From a bacterium (lineage in GTDB: Bacteria > Krumholzibacteriota > Krumholzibacteriia > LZORAL124-64-63): a DNA stretch of 64,000 nucleotides. Below are positions 1 through 9,616 of this stretch, piece after piece. Each line of letters begins with the position of its first letter. Position 1 is the first letter of the stretch. Below the pieces are notes generated by a model. It saw only the letters and a list, made by a program, of their open reading frames with translations, was not told the origin of the DNA and did not search any database. The position numbers were made by a program, and so were the translations under genes. Location of the stretch: contig JANOEP010000011.1 in assembly GCA_031441465.1 (NCBI GenBank), positions 1-64,000 of the forward strand. The letters run 5' to 3'.

Positions 1-140
1 CCTCCATGCCTCCGGAAGATCGGGTCCAGGTCCGTCTGGGGGAATCCCAGAGGAATCTGGCCTACTTCCGGCCGGCGGCAAGGGGTGCCGCAGTTTTAGA
101 CCGGCGCGACAGGTGCCGCACTTTTCAGCCGGCGTTTACA
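1..140 (-). mobile_element. Probable IS21-family insertion sequence end (partial; the element continues beyond the window start)
   Basis: Minus strand from 140 reads TGTAAACGCCGGCTGAAAAGTGCGGCACC TGTCGCGCCGGTCTAAAACTGCGGCACC. It has a TGT terminus and two 23-bp imperfect direct repeats (84-106 and 112-134, 19/23 identical, 28-bp period), the layout of IS21-family ends. It abuts a truncated CRISPR repeat, and GGAGG motifs at 13-9 and 5-1 point out of the window. No transposase is visible. Confidence 0.65.
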
Positions 141-213
141 CGTGGGGAACGTGCGATCCGGGCGCCCGGGACGGTGCGGAAGACCGGTTCATCCCCACGC
201 GCGTGGGGAACGT
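141..213 (-). CRISPR. Type I-E CRISPR array, leader-proximal part: full repeat 185-213, 32-bp spacer 153-184, half repeat 141-152
   Basis: 29-bp repeat CGGTTCATCCCCACGCGCGTGGGGAACGT (minus strand ACGTTCCCCACGCGCGTGGGGATGAACCG, with CCCCAC/GTGGGG hairpin and ATGAACCG handle). Its last 12 bp recur exactly 61 bp to the left. It lies next to cas2. Confidence 0.9.
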
Positions 214-285
214 ACTTCCTTCTAACCCACTATTTATCAGTCATATGCCTGTTTTAGGGAATTCTACCGAATTTATTTGCAATCT
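214..285 (-). promoter_or_regulatory. AT-rich CRISPR leader, partly overlapping the cas2 3' end
   Basis: AT-rich segment adjoining the first repeat, with a GGTAGAAT -10-like motif on the minus strand (about 260-268) as seen in I-E leaders. Confidence 0.6.
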
Positions 286-588
286 GCTGGAGGGTAGTGC
301 TTCAGATGAGTCAGGGGGAAGAAAGGCACAGAGCTGGATCCCATCGAACTCCACGGGGATGCGCCTGTTGGATCCACAGGTGTCGAATGCGAAGCCAAGG
401 TCATTTGGCTGCGACCAAGCGATGACGGCATTGCCGCCGCCGATCTCGTCAGTGATTACCTTCCATGTCCGTTCTCGCACCCGCTCTGAATAGTCGCCAA
501 GATACACCCCGGCGCGCACCTCCAAGAAGAGGCGCGTGAGATAGCCGCGCAGCCGCGGTGGTGTGTTCTCAAGCACGATGACCAGCAT
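241..588 (-). CDS. cas2: CRISPR-associated Cas2, type I-E
   Basis: MLVIVLENTPPRLRGYLTRLFLEVRAGVYLGD...VEFDGIQL; start at 588 overlaps the cas1 end. Confidence 0.93.
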   Translation of the reverse strand: MLVIVLENTPPRLRGYLTRLFLEVRAGVYLGDYSERVRERTWKVITDEIGGGNAVIAWSQPNDLGFAFDTCGSNRRIPVEFDGIQLCAFLPPDSSEALPSSRLQINSVEFPKTGI

Positions 589-1480
589 TCCCGGTTTCCT
601 CCTTGTTGGGAATGGCAATGGGTACGGCTTCCATGTGGGCCTTGGGGACTGGAACACCTCCCGCCGCCAGGATGTCCTCGATAGTGGGGATGATCCGTGC
701 AAGAAGATTGTGTTTTCGAAAACTGTTGCGACAATAGTGTCGTGTTTCCCGCGCCGGATCTGGCCTGCTGCTAGCCGCCACCTTGAATGCGATGGGCACT
801 ACGGTATCGAATTTGAAGAGATCGGCGATGTCATAGACGAAGGATAAGGGCTTCCCAGTATGGAGAAATCCGATGGCCGGGGCGTAGCCGGCCGCCAGGA
901 TGGCTGCCTCGCACAGGCCGTAGAGACAATGAGTGGCGGTACTCAGGCATCGGTTAACAACATCACCTTGATCGAAATGATCTGGGTCGTAGTCACGTCG
1001 CACCCATGGCACACCGTACTGCTGGGCAAGGAGCTTGTAATTGGTCCGGACCCTCACACCCTCGATGCCCCGCAACTGTTCAATGCTACGACGGGCAGGG
1101 GGCTCCTCCTGAAATCGATGGCGGTACATGGCCCGGATCACTCTCAGGCGTAGATCTTCATCCAGTGCGAGCTTGGCTTGGTAGAGCAGTCGGTCGGAAC
1201 GCGCACCTCCCGGCTGGCCCGCCGAATACAACCGCACGCCGCCTTCCCCCACCCACAACACCAAACAACCGACCTCAGCAGCCAGGGCGATTGCCGCGTG
1301 GGTAACGCGGGTTCCTGGTTCCAACATCAGACAGGCCAAGCCACCCACCGGGATGTGGGTGCGGATACCCTCCTTGTCGATGAGAACAAGGGCGCCGTCT
1401 TGGACATCGAGATTCCCATACTGAAGCCAGACCACTGAGGTTCGCTCCTTGATGGGGATGGGATTGGACTGGAGCCTCAT
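569..1480 (-). CDS. cas1: CRISPR-associated integrase Cas1, type I-E
   Basis: IPIKERTS, LMLEPGTRVTHAA, WVGEGGVRLYSAG, QLRGIEG, GFLHTGKPLSFVYDIADLFK. Start set at ATG 1480, overlapping the cas6e stop. Confidence 0.96.
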   Translation of the reverse strand: MRLQSNPIPIKERTSVVWLQYGNLDVQDGALVLIDKEGIRTHIPVGGLACLMLEPGTRVTHAAIALAAEVGCLVLWVGEGGVRLYSAGQPGGARSDRLLYQAKLALDEDLRLRVIRAMYRHRFQEEPPARRSIEQLRGIEGVRVRTNYKLLAQQYGVPWVRRDYDPDHFDQGDVVNRCLSTATHCLYGLCEAAILAAGYAPAIGFLHTGKPLSFVYDIADLFKFDTVVPIAFKVAASSRPDPARETRHYCRNSFRKHNLLARIIPTIEDILAAGGVPVPKAHMEAVPIAIPNKEETGNAGHRA

Positions 1481-2109
1481 GGTGCTGGCGCCAGTGAGAG
1501 GAGCCCAAGTCCCATGGCCTTTCCATGTCCGATGCCGCGTTGAAGGGTCTCTCGGAATAGGCTGGGATTCGTTACCTGAAGCCGCCCGTCGAAAAGAGCA
1601 GAGAAGACCTGGATTTGGGTATCTCCGTGTGTGCGTCCGCGCAACATCTGCTCTTGAGAGATACAGACTGCCTGTACCTCGAATCCATGCCGTGCTCCTT
1701 TTTGGTTCAGCCAGGTTTCCTGGTCGGGCAGCCTCAGGAGCCCTATGCGCCTGCCATTGCGAGTCACGCAAGGATTGGCGCGAATACGGAATCGAAAACG
1801 GGTTTCGGGAGCAAGGTTCCGCAGGCCCAGACGATCATCAAGGTCGAGACCGGGGTCAGGAGTTCCGACGTACCAGCCACTCACACCCAACTGAGACCAG
1901 TTGGGTTCCAGGGGACTCTGGATCAGGAGCCGAGGATGCCCAGAAGGGTCGGCCTCAGCCTCCAGGCGCCACAGGAAGGCCCCTTCAGCGCACTTCTGGC
2001 CCGGCAGAGAGAAGGCCCGACAGAGGGTGGCGTGCATCTGGTAGGGGTCGCCCAGGTCGCGCCGAGCCTCCTTGCAGCGGGAATCCAAGTGGAGCCTATG
2101 CAGGAACAT
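1477..2109 (-). CDS. cas6e: Cas6e/Cse3 crRNA-processing endoribonuclease
   Basis: YQMHATL, FRFRIRANP and the C-terminal G-rich loop GIGHGKAMGLGLLSL. Confidence 0.94.
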   Translation of the reverse strand: MFLHRLHLDSRCKEARRDLGDPYQMHATLCRAFSLPGQKCAEGAFLWRLEAEADPSGHPRLLIQSPLEPNWSQLGVSGWYVGTPDPGLDLDDRLGLRNLAPETRFRFRIRANPCVTRNGRRIGLLRLPDQETWLNQKGARHGFEVQAVCISQEQMLRGRTHGDTQIQVFSALFDGRLQVTNPSLFRETLQRGIGHGKAMGLGLLSLAPAP

Positions 2110-2791
2110 GATTGGCCTCCCTGGACAGCACCACCCATTCGGATCGTACGAAGCGCGCCCCGAAGCGGCGTTCGGAAAACGACGAAAGGGGCTGATCCAT
2201 GCGCATGGTCCCGCTTCCGTCCAGGGATTCCCACGAACACAGAAGCCGTTCCGGAGGGATATCTTCTGTACTCCGTCCGCCGATCCATGGCCAGGTGGTG
2301 AGAACCTCCATCAGTGGGCAATCACGTAATCCGTCAGGCAGCCCGAGTGGTTCGGTGGGCACGTAGGACTTTCGGCCCAGGAACAGAGGCCAGACGGGAT
2401 CCGAAAGAGCGACATGGATCTTCATCAAAAGGTCCCGATTCGTCCCTTCGCATCCCACAAGGAAGGCGGCATCGGCGAGGTAGAACCTCTGGGACACAAC
2501 CCCATCTTTGGCTTGGGATCCGTCTGCCTTGATGATGGAGTCTGTTGCAGCGCAACCCGCCGTCTGGTAGTCGCGCTTGAGGATGCCCGGGCGATCGTGC
2601 CGGACTCCTATGGCGAGGTGAGTTAGGGGTTCTAGATCCACCCAGTTCTCACGGTCGATCCCCAGGGCGGCAGCCAGCAACCCTATCACTCCGGACTTGC
2701 TGGGCTCTTTACCTGTGTCTCGTTGGTTGAAGCGGCTGGTGGTGCCCCAGGCCTGAAGGGGCCCCACCAGGCGAAGCAGTAGGGTTGACAT
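2096..2791 (-). CDS. cas5e: Cas5e Cascade subunit
   Basis: LLLRLVGPLQAWG, PSKSGVIGLLAAALG, RFYLADAAF, LFLGRKS. Confidence 0.95.
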   Translation of the reverse strand: MSTLLLRLVGPLQAWGTTSRFNQRDTGKEPSKSGVIGLLAAALGIDRENWVDLEPLTHLAIGVRHDRPGILKRDYQTAGCAATDSIIKADGSQAKDGVVSQRFYLADAAFLVGCEGTNRDLLMKIHVALSDPVWPLFLGRKSYVPTEPLGLPDGLRDCPLMEVLTTWPWIGGRSTEDIPPERLLCSWESLDGSGTMRMDQPLSSFSERRFGARFVRSEWVVLSREANHVPA

Positions 2792-2795
2792 ACCT

Positions 2796-3953
2796 CTACT
2801 CCTTCACGGCTTGCAGGACCTGATCCAGCAGTGCATCCAGGGAGGATGCGCCAGTGCCGAATCCGGCAGTATCGGCCTGCACCAGGTTTAAAACAACAGT
2901 GGTCCCCTTCCCGCCGTAAGCGACCTCAAGCATCTTGCTCTTCTCTACCAACTTGTTCGCGGAGATCAAGGTCAGGGAGCCGTTGGTCTTGGCGCGGATA
3001 GGCACTTCGAAAGCATTGGCGAGGTTGCGCGGAGCCGTGTGATGGCGAACCGAGACTGCCACGAACTCTGGGGGATTGTGGGCCGCGAAGGTGTTCTGTT
3101 TCCCTGTGGGCTCGGCCACTACGAAGCCCTCGAGGAAGGCACGGAGACCTTTCATGGCTAGTGCAACATCCCCCTGAAGGTTCTCTACCAGTTTTGACCA
3201 GTCCACCACGGCGTAGCGGTAAAAACAGGCGGAGTTGAATTCCACCGTCCCCATCATGTCGGCCCCGGCGGTGTCCTCCGGCTTGAGATCGTCCACGGCG
3301 GTGTAGAAGTCGAACTCGCGTTCGACAGCATGTGTCGAAAGGGCGTGGGCCACTTGGCAGGCTGCGTTCTGGTTCTTTTCTGGCATATCGGCAAGCATGC
3401 GACCGAAAAGCGCGACATCCACGGCCTTGCCGCCGTTGAAGATCTTGTCGAGGGCTTTCTTCAATTCGGGATCCGCCTGCTTGGCCGCATCCTTCTTGGC
3501 TTTGCCTACCTTCTTGCCTTCCGAAGAAGTCACGGGAGCAGCGATCGAGTCCCACCTCTCATCAATAGTCCTGGAGATTTCTTGGATTTCTCGTCGTCCC
3601 AGGAACAAGAGATACTCGCTCTTGCCATCCTCCTTTGTGGAAAGCTCGACGGCCGCCAATGCTAACCTTGCTTTGGTAATGGCTTCAGCCTCGGGGCGTC
3701 CCTTCTCGGCCAGTGACTTGACCAGTGCATCCAATAGCCGCTTGGTGCGTGTGGCTAAGTCCTCGGTAGACAATACTTCTTGTTCGACTAAGGCTACGAA
3801 GTGTTGCCGCACCGCCCGCTTGAGGCACTGACTGGAAATACGCGCGCGACGGGTTCCACCGAAGAATGCGTCTTTGGGGGCTCCAGTATCGTCTCGGTTG
3901 AGGTTTGAGGGGGCGAAGTTCTGTAAGGCATGGATCTCAATCAGGGTCTTCAT
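2796..3953 (-). CDS. cas7e: Cas7/Cse4 Cascade backbone
   Basis: [48 protein letters not shown]. Confidence 0.96.
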   Translation of the reverse strand: MKTLIEIHALQNFAPSNLNRDDTGAPKDAFFGGTRRARISSQCLKRAVRQHFVALVEQEVLSTEDLATRTKRLLDALVKSLAEKGRPEAEAITKARLALAAVELSTKEDGKSEYLLFLGRREIQEISRTIDERWDSIAAPVTSSEGKKVGKAKKDAAKQADPELKKALDKIFNGGKAVDVALFGRMLADMPEKNQNAACQVAHALSTHAVEREFDFYTAVDDLKPEDTAGADMMGTVEFNSACFYRYAVVDWSKLVENLQGDVALAMKGLRAFLEGFVVAEPTGKQNTFAAHNPPEFVAVSVRHHTAPRNLANAFEVPIRAKTNGSLTLISANKLVEKSKMLEVAYGGKGTTVVLNLVQADTAGFGTGASSLDALLDQVLQAVKE

Positions 3954-4468
3954 TTGGTGATCTCCTCGGGGGTGGTGGTCTGTGTCTCCATCTCGTGACT
4001 CAAGATCCTGTAGAAATCACGGGCCCAAGCATTCTGGGTGAGCTTCTGATGGTTGTTCCAGTAGAGCAGCCCCTTAAGCATGGCCTCGAAGTCGATGTTT
4101 TGGTCATTAAGCAATGCGATCACTTGGCGTAAGCGGTTTGGCAATTGGTCAGGATCGGCATCCAGCAGATTGATAAAGCGGCGTTCGGTGCTTGTGGATC
4201 TACTGGCCAGTTGGTGAGTCGCACACGCCTCTCCGATGGATATCCGTCCTTCAGTCCGACCCTCACGCCAATGTGCGGCCCAGAGGCCGGCCAGGAGGTA
4301 GAGGATCTTCCGGCGCCAGGTGTTGTCATCGTCCTTAACGAAGGGCTCAACGTAAGGATAAGCTGAAGGAAACTCCGCGGGATCAAAGGCTAGACTTCGT
4401 CGCAGGACCGCACGCACGCGAGTGTCCTTTGCGTTCATGTCTTCCATCCATTCGATGAATCCGCTCAT
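3950..4468 (-). CDS. cse2: Cas11/Cse2 small subunit
   Basis: [27 protein letters not shown]; lies between cas8e and cas7. Confidence 0.92.
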   Translation of the reverse strand: MSGFIEWMEDMNAKDTRVRAVLRRSLAFDPAEFPSAYPYVEPFVKDDDNTWRRKILYLLAGLWAAHWREGRTEGRISIGEACATHQLASRSTSTERRFINLLDADPDQLPNRLRQVIALLNDQNIDFEAMLKGLLYWNNHQKLTQNAWARDFYRILSHEMETQTTTPEEITK

Positions 4469-6003
4469 GTGTCCTCCTTCTGCGGTTCGTATTTCTGGAT
4501 TTCTTCATCCAGATATTTCAGCTTGCGGCAAACCGGCCCCTCGGCTTTTGCGAGCGCCCGAATGGCCCAAGCATCGCCCATGGATACCGAGGCGCGGTGC
4601 TGATCCCAGGCGGCCCGCAAGGTGTTCCGGACGGATTTCAACCACTGGCAGCGGATATCCTCGGAATCACGTTCGAGGGTGTATTCACGCAGGATCTCGT
4701 GGAAACGGGATTCCATGGAGGACCAATACCAGGGATTCACGGGCATCTGTCCTACGAACCCCTTTATGTCCTTACCCGCAGGTTTGCGATCCCCTCTGGA
4801 CAATAGGTCGCGTGCGAAGGAACAACAGGCCGAATAAAGGGACCCCTGGGCATCATTTGCGTCGTCGAGAAGTTGGCGGATCGCCGCCCGGATGGATTTG
4901 TTTCCCGACAAGGCCTTTGGCAGGGCGAAGCGCTCCATGCGCCAGAACACGATCTTAGCCTTGTCATTTAATTGGCCAAGAATCATCACCGCTTGCGGAA
5001 AGCGATCCGGACTTGTGCGAGTCAAAGCTATGGCATGTTCGATGACCTGGGGGGCGAGATGTGACTGGTCGGGGAGTAGAGAGTCGAAATCCCTCCAGAT
5101 TCCTAGCTCGCGGAATTGGATGGGTAACTTCCCCTTATCTTCATCGATCCGATAACCAAGCATAGGATCAACTTGTTCGGAAGGACCCCGACCAACTCCA
5201 GAAGCAAAGGCAAGCCGTGATACCCGGCTGTTCGAATCGGGGTCCAAACGAACGGATCTTGTTCTCCATGTATAGAGATCCACTAGGCCTGTAGGAATGC
5301 GCTCAGGTCCCGATTTCAGGCTATCCATCGTGTCGGGAGATTTTTCCCAGATTGCCAAATCCGTTCTCATAATTTCTCGATTTTGCGGGGACAGCCCGAA
5401 CAGGAGGGTGTCCTCCAAATTCATTCCAATTGGGATAGCCATAGCCGCAGTGGCAGATGGCGCGCTCTTGGTGTATTGAAAATCACTATTTCCCCCTCCA
5501 AGCGCGAAGGTTTGAGATGCAAGCAACCATCTTGCTGCTGCCTGAGGAGAGATAGCACCGGAATCTCCGACTTCGATGTGGTCGAAGAGTACTTTTGCGT
5601 TGTCGGCGTTGTGTTCTGCGGCAAGCACTGTCCACGATTTCCATGTCTTTTCCCCCTTGCTCTCCTTGGGCAAATATCCAGGCACTTGGAGGAATGGTGA
5701 CCCCTGATCGAAAAGGTCGAACCGACCATGCCACCTATCCAGGTAGGCCTTGATCTTGTCGCCTGGTAGCCCCGCCTTGAACAGGGCCTTGGCCCGGGCG
5801 ATGTCCGTTGGATCCTCCAAAGCGCGATACAGTACTGCCAACAGGAAACGGTGCAGGGCAGCCACGACAAGCGGCGATGGATCTTCGATGGTGGCGATTT
5901 CTTTAGCTCGAAGCAATGTGTCTCGGATGCCCAGGTCCTCGCGGCTTCCATCGGGAAACCGCACCGGGATCCATTTCTCATCGATCAGGTTGAATTGGTT
6001 CAT
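4465..6003 (-). CDS. cse1: Cas8e/Cse1 large subunit
   Basis: FNLIDEKWIPVR, RFDLFD..PFLQ, LYTWRTRSVRL; operon position. Confidence 0.93.
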   Translation of the reverse strand: MNQFNLIDEKWIPVRFPDGSREDLGIRDTLLRAKEIATIEDPSPLVVAALHRFLLAVLYRALEDPTDIARAKALFKAGLPGDKIKAYLDRWHGRFDLFDQGSPFLQVPGYLPKESKGEKTWKSWTVLAAEHNADNAKVLFDHIEVGDSGAISPQAAARWLLASQTFALGGGNSDFQYTKSAPSATAAMAIPIGMNLEDTLLFGLSPQNREIMRTDLAIWEKSPDTMDSLKSGPERIPTGLVDLYTWRTRSVRLDPDSNSRVSRLAFASGVGRGPSEQVDPMLGYRIDEDKGKLPIQFRELGIWRDFDSLLPDQSHLAPQVIEHAIALTRTSPDRFPQAVMILGQLNDKAKIVFWRMERFALPKALSGNKSIRAAIRQLLDDANDAQGSLYSACCSFARDLLSRGDRKPAGKDIKGFVGQMPVNPWYWSSMESRFHEILREYTLERDSEDIRCQWLKSVRNTLRAAWDQHRASVSMGDAWAIRALAKAEGPVCRKLKYLDEEIQKYEPQKEDT

Positions 6004-8675
6004 TCGACATCCTTTGGCTCGTACACTAGCCCCAAGTCGCTATCCAGTCGCACTGCCTGATCCTGCGTCCAGCGTCCCTGCTGGTCTAGCAAAAGCGGAT
6101 AGCAGTTGCGCAGGAGCGGCGACTGCTCCCATCCATGCGGCACCCCCCGCGCCTGGAGCTGTTTGACAATTCCTTTGCGCGAAAGGCTCATGCCCCGCAA
6201 GAACCAGCTCTTGGACTGCGCGAAATTCAGCTCCACCTCGGGACGAAATCCGTCGGCGGGAAACAGGGGGACTGCTACGACCGAGGGCTCGCCCAATCGC
6301 GTCTGGGCCACCAGCGTGGGATGCAATCCAGGTTCGTCCTCGTCGGCCTTGATGTACCGGGCTGGCTCGTTCCATGATGCGTCGTCCGGAAATCCGATGA
6401 TCGCTTGGTTGGCCAGTCCCTTGTAGGCGAAAGACTCGCCCTCCTCAGCCTCCAGCGCCTTCCCCAAACGTTCTTGCAGGGATTCTGGCACCACCACTTG
6501 TTCCTCGTATACCGCCTGCACCAAATCATCGATCTCGTCCGGCAGCGTTAGATTGTGCCTAGTCCGTAATAGAACCCAAGTGCGGAGCAATAGGTCTTCT
6601 CGGTACACCGTCCCCCACCACAGAGGCTTCCCGAAATTGGGGGGAGTATCACCGTTCAATCCTGCCACGAGCAAAATTGGTTCGAGAATGGGTCGAGCAT
6701 TTCGTTCATGACGCCATAGGCGTCCTGCACGCTGGAGCACCAAGTCGATGGGAGCGAGGTCGGTCGCGATGCAATCGAAGTCTATGTCCAGGCTTTGTTC
6801 AGCGACCTGAGTGGCGATGAGGATCATCCGGCCTTCCCGTGCCCCGTCTTTCCCAAAAGTAGCCAAAACCTGATTTTCTCGCTGCTGTCGTCTTTCAGCC
6901 GGGAACCGAGCATGGAAGAGGAACACTTGTGTTCCGTCTGGCAGTCGCTTGCCGACGTTCTGCCCATCGCGTATGATTGGCTCCCCATCGGGAAATCGTT
7001 GATAGAGATCCTGTGCCCGCTGCACCGTATTCATGAGAGCTAGGCCCATGCCGCCGTTGGCAAGGCGCTCCTCAAGGGCGTCGCGAAAAGTCGGCAGATC
7101 GGGGGCAATACCTTGCAGTAGGACGGTTCGCCTTCGTGCAGGATCGGCCTCGAAGTGGATCTGTTCTACGCTTCCATCACGAAACACTGACAAGCGCGGA
7201 TAAGCCACTTCGGTCGTGGGAAACTCAGCATTTGCGATGCTGGCGAGTTTCCTTCGGATGGACGGCGGCAATGTGGCCGACAGAAGCACTACTGAGGAAC
7301 CCAGGGCCAACAGCCAGCGTAACAAGTGCACCATAAGAGTGCCCGTGTAGGCGTCGTAGGCATGGATCTCATCGAAGACTACCACGCGGTTTGCCAGTCC
7401 CCACAGACGCACGAAATGGTGCCGCACCGGAAGGATGGGCAACAGCGCTTGGTCCACCGTCCCCACTCCATATTCCGAGAGAAGTGCGCGCTTCTTGTGG
7501 GTGAACCATTCACCGGCACGGATGTCGCCACCATTCTCTGGATCTTGAATGCCCGAGAAGGACAGGTGTTGGAAGGTGTCATTTAAAAGCGACGCGCCGT
7601 GCAAGAGTTGCAGATCCAGGTTCCGTCCAGGATTCAGGGAACGCAGGAAGGTAAGGGTGCGCTCGAACATGGCGTTGCCGGTGGCCTTGGTGGGCAGGGC
7701 CACATACAGGCCGCGATGACCGAAACGCCGCTGGAGTTCCAGATGGGCATAGAACGCTGCTTCGGTCTTGCCCTCGCCCATTGGGGCTTCCAGGAGGAAG
7801 ATGCCAGGCCCTGTGATGTCACGCACGGCGTTGGCGACGGCAATCTGAAGAGGGCGAACGGGACTACACTTCGGGAAAACCTCTTCAAAGGATCGTTCCT
7901 CTGGCGACAGGGGTGTTCGATACTCCCATCCGATTGCCTCTAAAGCCTTTTTGGCATTGACTTTGCGCTTGTGCAGCCAAGCCGCCAGATTGTCGCAGTC
8001 CCCAGGGGTGCCGAAGGGGAACCAGTCCTCGTTGGACCCGATCCAGTCGGCGAAACTCGTGAGGCCAGACAACAACATGAAGTCGGGTCCGGTTAGGGCC
8101 TGTTTGGTGGGAATAAGAGAGGGCTTGAAAACATCCAACAGCGTTTCAAAGATACTTCCACGGACTTGGGCCCAATCGTCTCCTCCGAGGGCGCATTCAA
8201 CGCCCTCCAGGAAGTCGATGCAGGTCGGAGAAGCCCGATTCCCGTGATGGCAGCCCACCGCGTCGGCGGCCAAGCCCGCCAACTCATCCGGCCAGTGTCG
8301 CTCCTGCAACAGTTTCGTCAAGGCAATCTGGCTCACGAAAGCATGGTTGATGTTTGTCTTCGGACTTCGGGGAATAGACAAAGGGGCCTTGTCTAGAAGG
8401 GTTTTGGCTCTATCCCACTTGCACTGGAATCCCGGACAGGCCTTTCCTAAGTCGTGGCAAGCGATCAGGAGTAACAGCCATGGGCGGGCACTTTCCCAAG
8501 GCAGGCCCAGGATGGCGGCCATGCGATTCCGGGTTGTTTCGGGCTCCCGATCTAAAATGCTTTCAGCACACGCACCGACATCGAGTAGGTGTAAGGGGAG
8601 AGGGTGATAATCGTTGGCTCCCTTTGCGGTCTTTGCCCAAAGGAAACCGTGTATTCCTATACCTAGCCAGCTCAT
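6000..8675 (-). CDS. cas3: Cas3 HD nuclease-helicase
   Basis: HD domain (HLLDV, CHDLGKA), APMGEGKTEAA, DEIHAYD, LSATLP, ATQVAEQSLDID, QRAGRLWRH. Confidence 0.97.
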   Translation of the reverse strand: MSWLGIGIHGFLWAKTAKGANDYHPLPLHLLDVGACAESILDREPETTRNRMAAILGLPWESARPWLLLLIACHDLGKACPGFQCKWDRAKTLLDKAPLSIPRSPKTNINHAFVSQIALTKLLQERHWPDELAGLAADAVGCHHGNRASPTCIDFLEGVECALGGDDWAQVRGSIFETLLDVFKPSLIPTKQALTGPDFMLLSGLTSFADWIGSNEDWFPFGTPGDCDNLAAWLHKRKVNAKKALEAIGWEYRTPLSPEERSFEEVFPKCSPVRPLQIAVANAVRDITGPGIFLLEAPMGEGKTEAAFYAHLELQRRFGHRGLYVALPTKATGNAMFERTLTFLRSLNPGRNLDLQLLHGASLLNDTFQHLSFSGIQDPENGGDIRAGEWFTHKKRALLSEYGVGTVDQALLPILPVRHHFVRLWGLANRVVVFDEIHAYDAYTGTLMVHLLRWLLALGSSVVLLSATLPPSIRRKLASIANAEFPTTEVAYPRLSVFRDGSVEQIHFEADPARRRTVLLQGIAPDLPTFRDALEERLANGGMGLALMNTVQRAQDLYQRFPDGEPIIRDGQNVGKRLPDGTQVFLFHARFPAERRQQRENQVLATFGKDGAREGRMILIATQVAEQSLDIDFDCIATDLAPIDLVLQRAGRLWRHERNARPILEPILLVAGLNGDTPPNFGKPLWWGTVYREDLLLRTWVLLRTRHNLTLPDEIDDLVQAVYEEQVVVPESLQERLGKALEAEEGESFAYKGLANQAIIGFPDDASWNEPARYIKADEDEPGLHPTLVAQTRLGEPSVVAVPLFPADGFRPEVELNFAQSKSWFLRGMSLSRKGIVKQLQARGVPHGWEQSPLLRNCYPLLLDQQGRWTQDQAVRLDSDLGLVYEPKDVE

Positions 8676-8937
8676 ACTACTCCAAAGAGTTCATAAATCA
8701 GAGCATGATGCCCCGAAGGCTAGAAGGCTGTTCCCGAGATAAGATCACAATGCCCCATCCCCTCAACAGAGGAAGTCATTTCCTATGCGATCTAGTAAAA
8801 TATAAATTCACAGTCGTGTCCAAGGAGTGACGTTGATATCAAATCGTGCAGCAGTCTATACTGCCCACTGAACCCGTGCAGCCGTGTCGGCGCTGGTGTC
8901 GTAAATCAGTAGGCGAATAACCACAAGGCGATTATAA

Positions 8938-9432
8938 GTGATGTATCGTTCATTTGCAGCCATAGATTTCGAGACCGCCGACCACCAACGCGACAGTGCT
9001 TGTGCGGTTGGCATTGTCCGCGTTGAAGACGGGACAATCGTAGACCGGTACTATCGACTTATCAGGCCACCTCGTCAGACGATGGTCTTCACTTGGGTGC
9101 ATGGGATCACATGGGAAATGGTCCGGGAAGCTGCGCCCTTCGCTGAGGTATGGCGCGAGGGAAGTCAATTGTTCTGCGGAATCGAAGTCATCGCCGCCCA
9201 CAATGCCTCTTTTGATCAAGGGGTTCTTGGTGCCTGCTGCCGTCGAGCCGGATTGCTGGAACCAGATGTACCATTTATCTGCTCGATGATGTTGGCGCGG
9301 CGACATTGGGGCATTCACCCCACGACTCTCCCCAACGTGTGCCGAGAACTGAAGATATCTATTCAGCACCACAACGCGCTGTCGGATGCTGAAGCGTGCG
9401 CCGCGATCGTGCTGGCTGTGGACCGGCGGTAG
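8938..9432 (+). CDS. Stand-alone DEDDh (DnaQ-like) 3'-5' exonuclease
   Basis: ExoI IDFET, ExoII AHNASFD, ExoIII HHNALSDA; 164 aa; lower-GC codon usage like the cas genes. Confidence 0.9.
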   Translation: MMYRSFAAIDFETADHQRDSACAVGIVRVEDGTIVDRYYRLIRPPRQTMVFTWVHGITWEMVREAAPFAEVWREGSQLFCGIEVIAAHNASFDQGVLGACCRRAGLLEPDVPFICSMMLARRHWGIHPTTLPNVCRELKISIQHHNALSDAEACAAIVLAVDRR

Positions 9433-9580
9433 AGGCCGGAACTGGCGTGGGAGCAGATATCAAGGTCCGGACTTCCAAATCCACAGGCTTTCGGCCCTCC
9501 GGAAGTCGGGCCGCAACCGTTTCCGGGGGGGAGATTTCAGCGTTTTAGGCTCTCTTTCCCCCCGTTTCCCACCCCCAACA

Positions 9581-9608
9581 TTGACTCCCGCCCCCCATAT
9601 GGTATCGT
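9581..9608 (+). promoter_or_regulatory. Sigma70-like promoter of udk, probably a leaderless transcript
   Basis: TTGACT (9581-9586), 16 bp, then TGnTATCGT (-10 at 9603-9608); ATG at 9617 has no SD. Confidence 0.5.
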
Positions 9609-9616
9609 TCCCGCCC

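Noticed and set aside
84..134. The two 23-bp direct repeats as a second CRISPR array
   Set aside because: They are only 5 bp apart, unlike the I-E repeat, and fit transposase-binding sub-repeats better.
153..184. Spacer resemblance to 16751-16770 (GCGATCCGGCGCC...) as self-targeting
   Set aside because: Only about 9 contiguous bases match in GC-rich sequence, which is chance level. I saw no full protospacer by eye; BLAST is needed.
1481..1771. N-terminally extended or fused Cas1 (400-aa ORF)
   Set aside because: The extension overlaps cas6e in another frame; the likely start is 1480.
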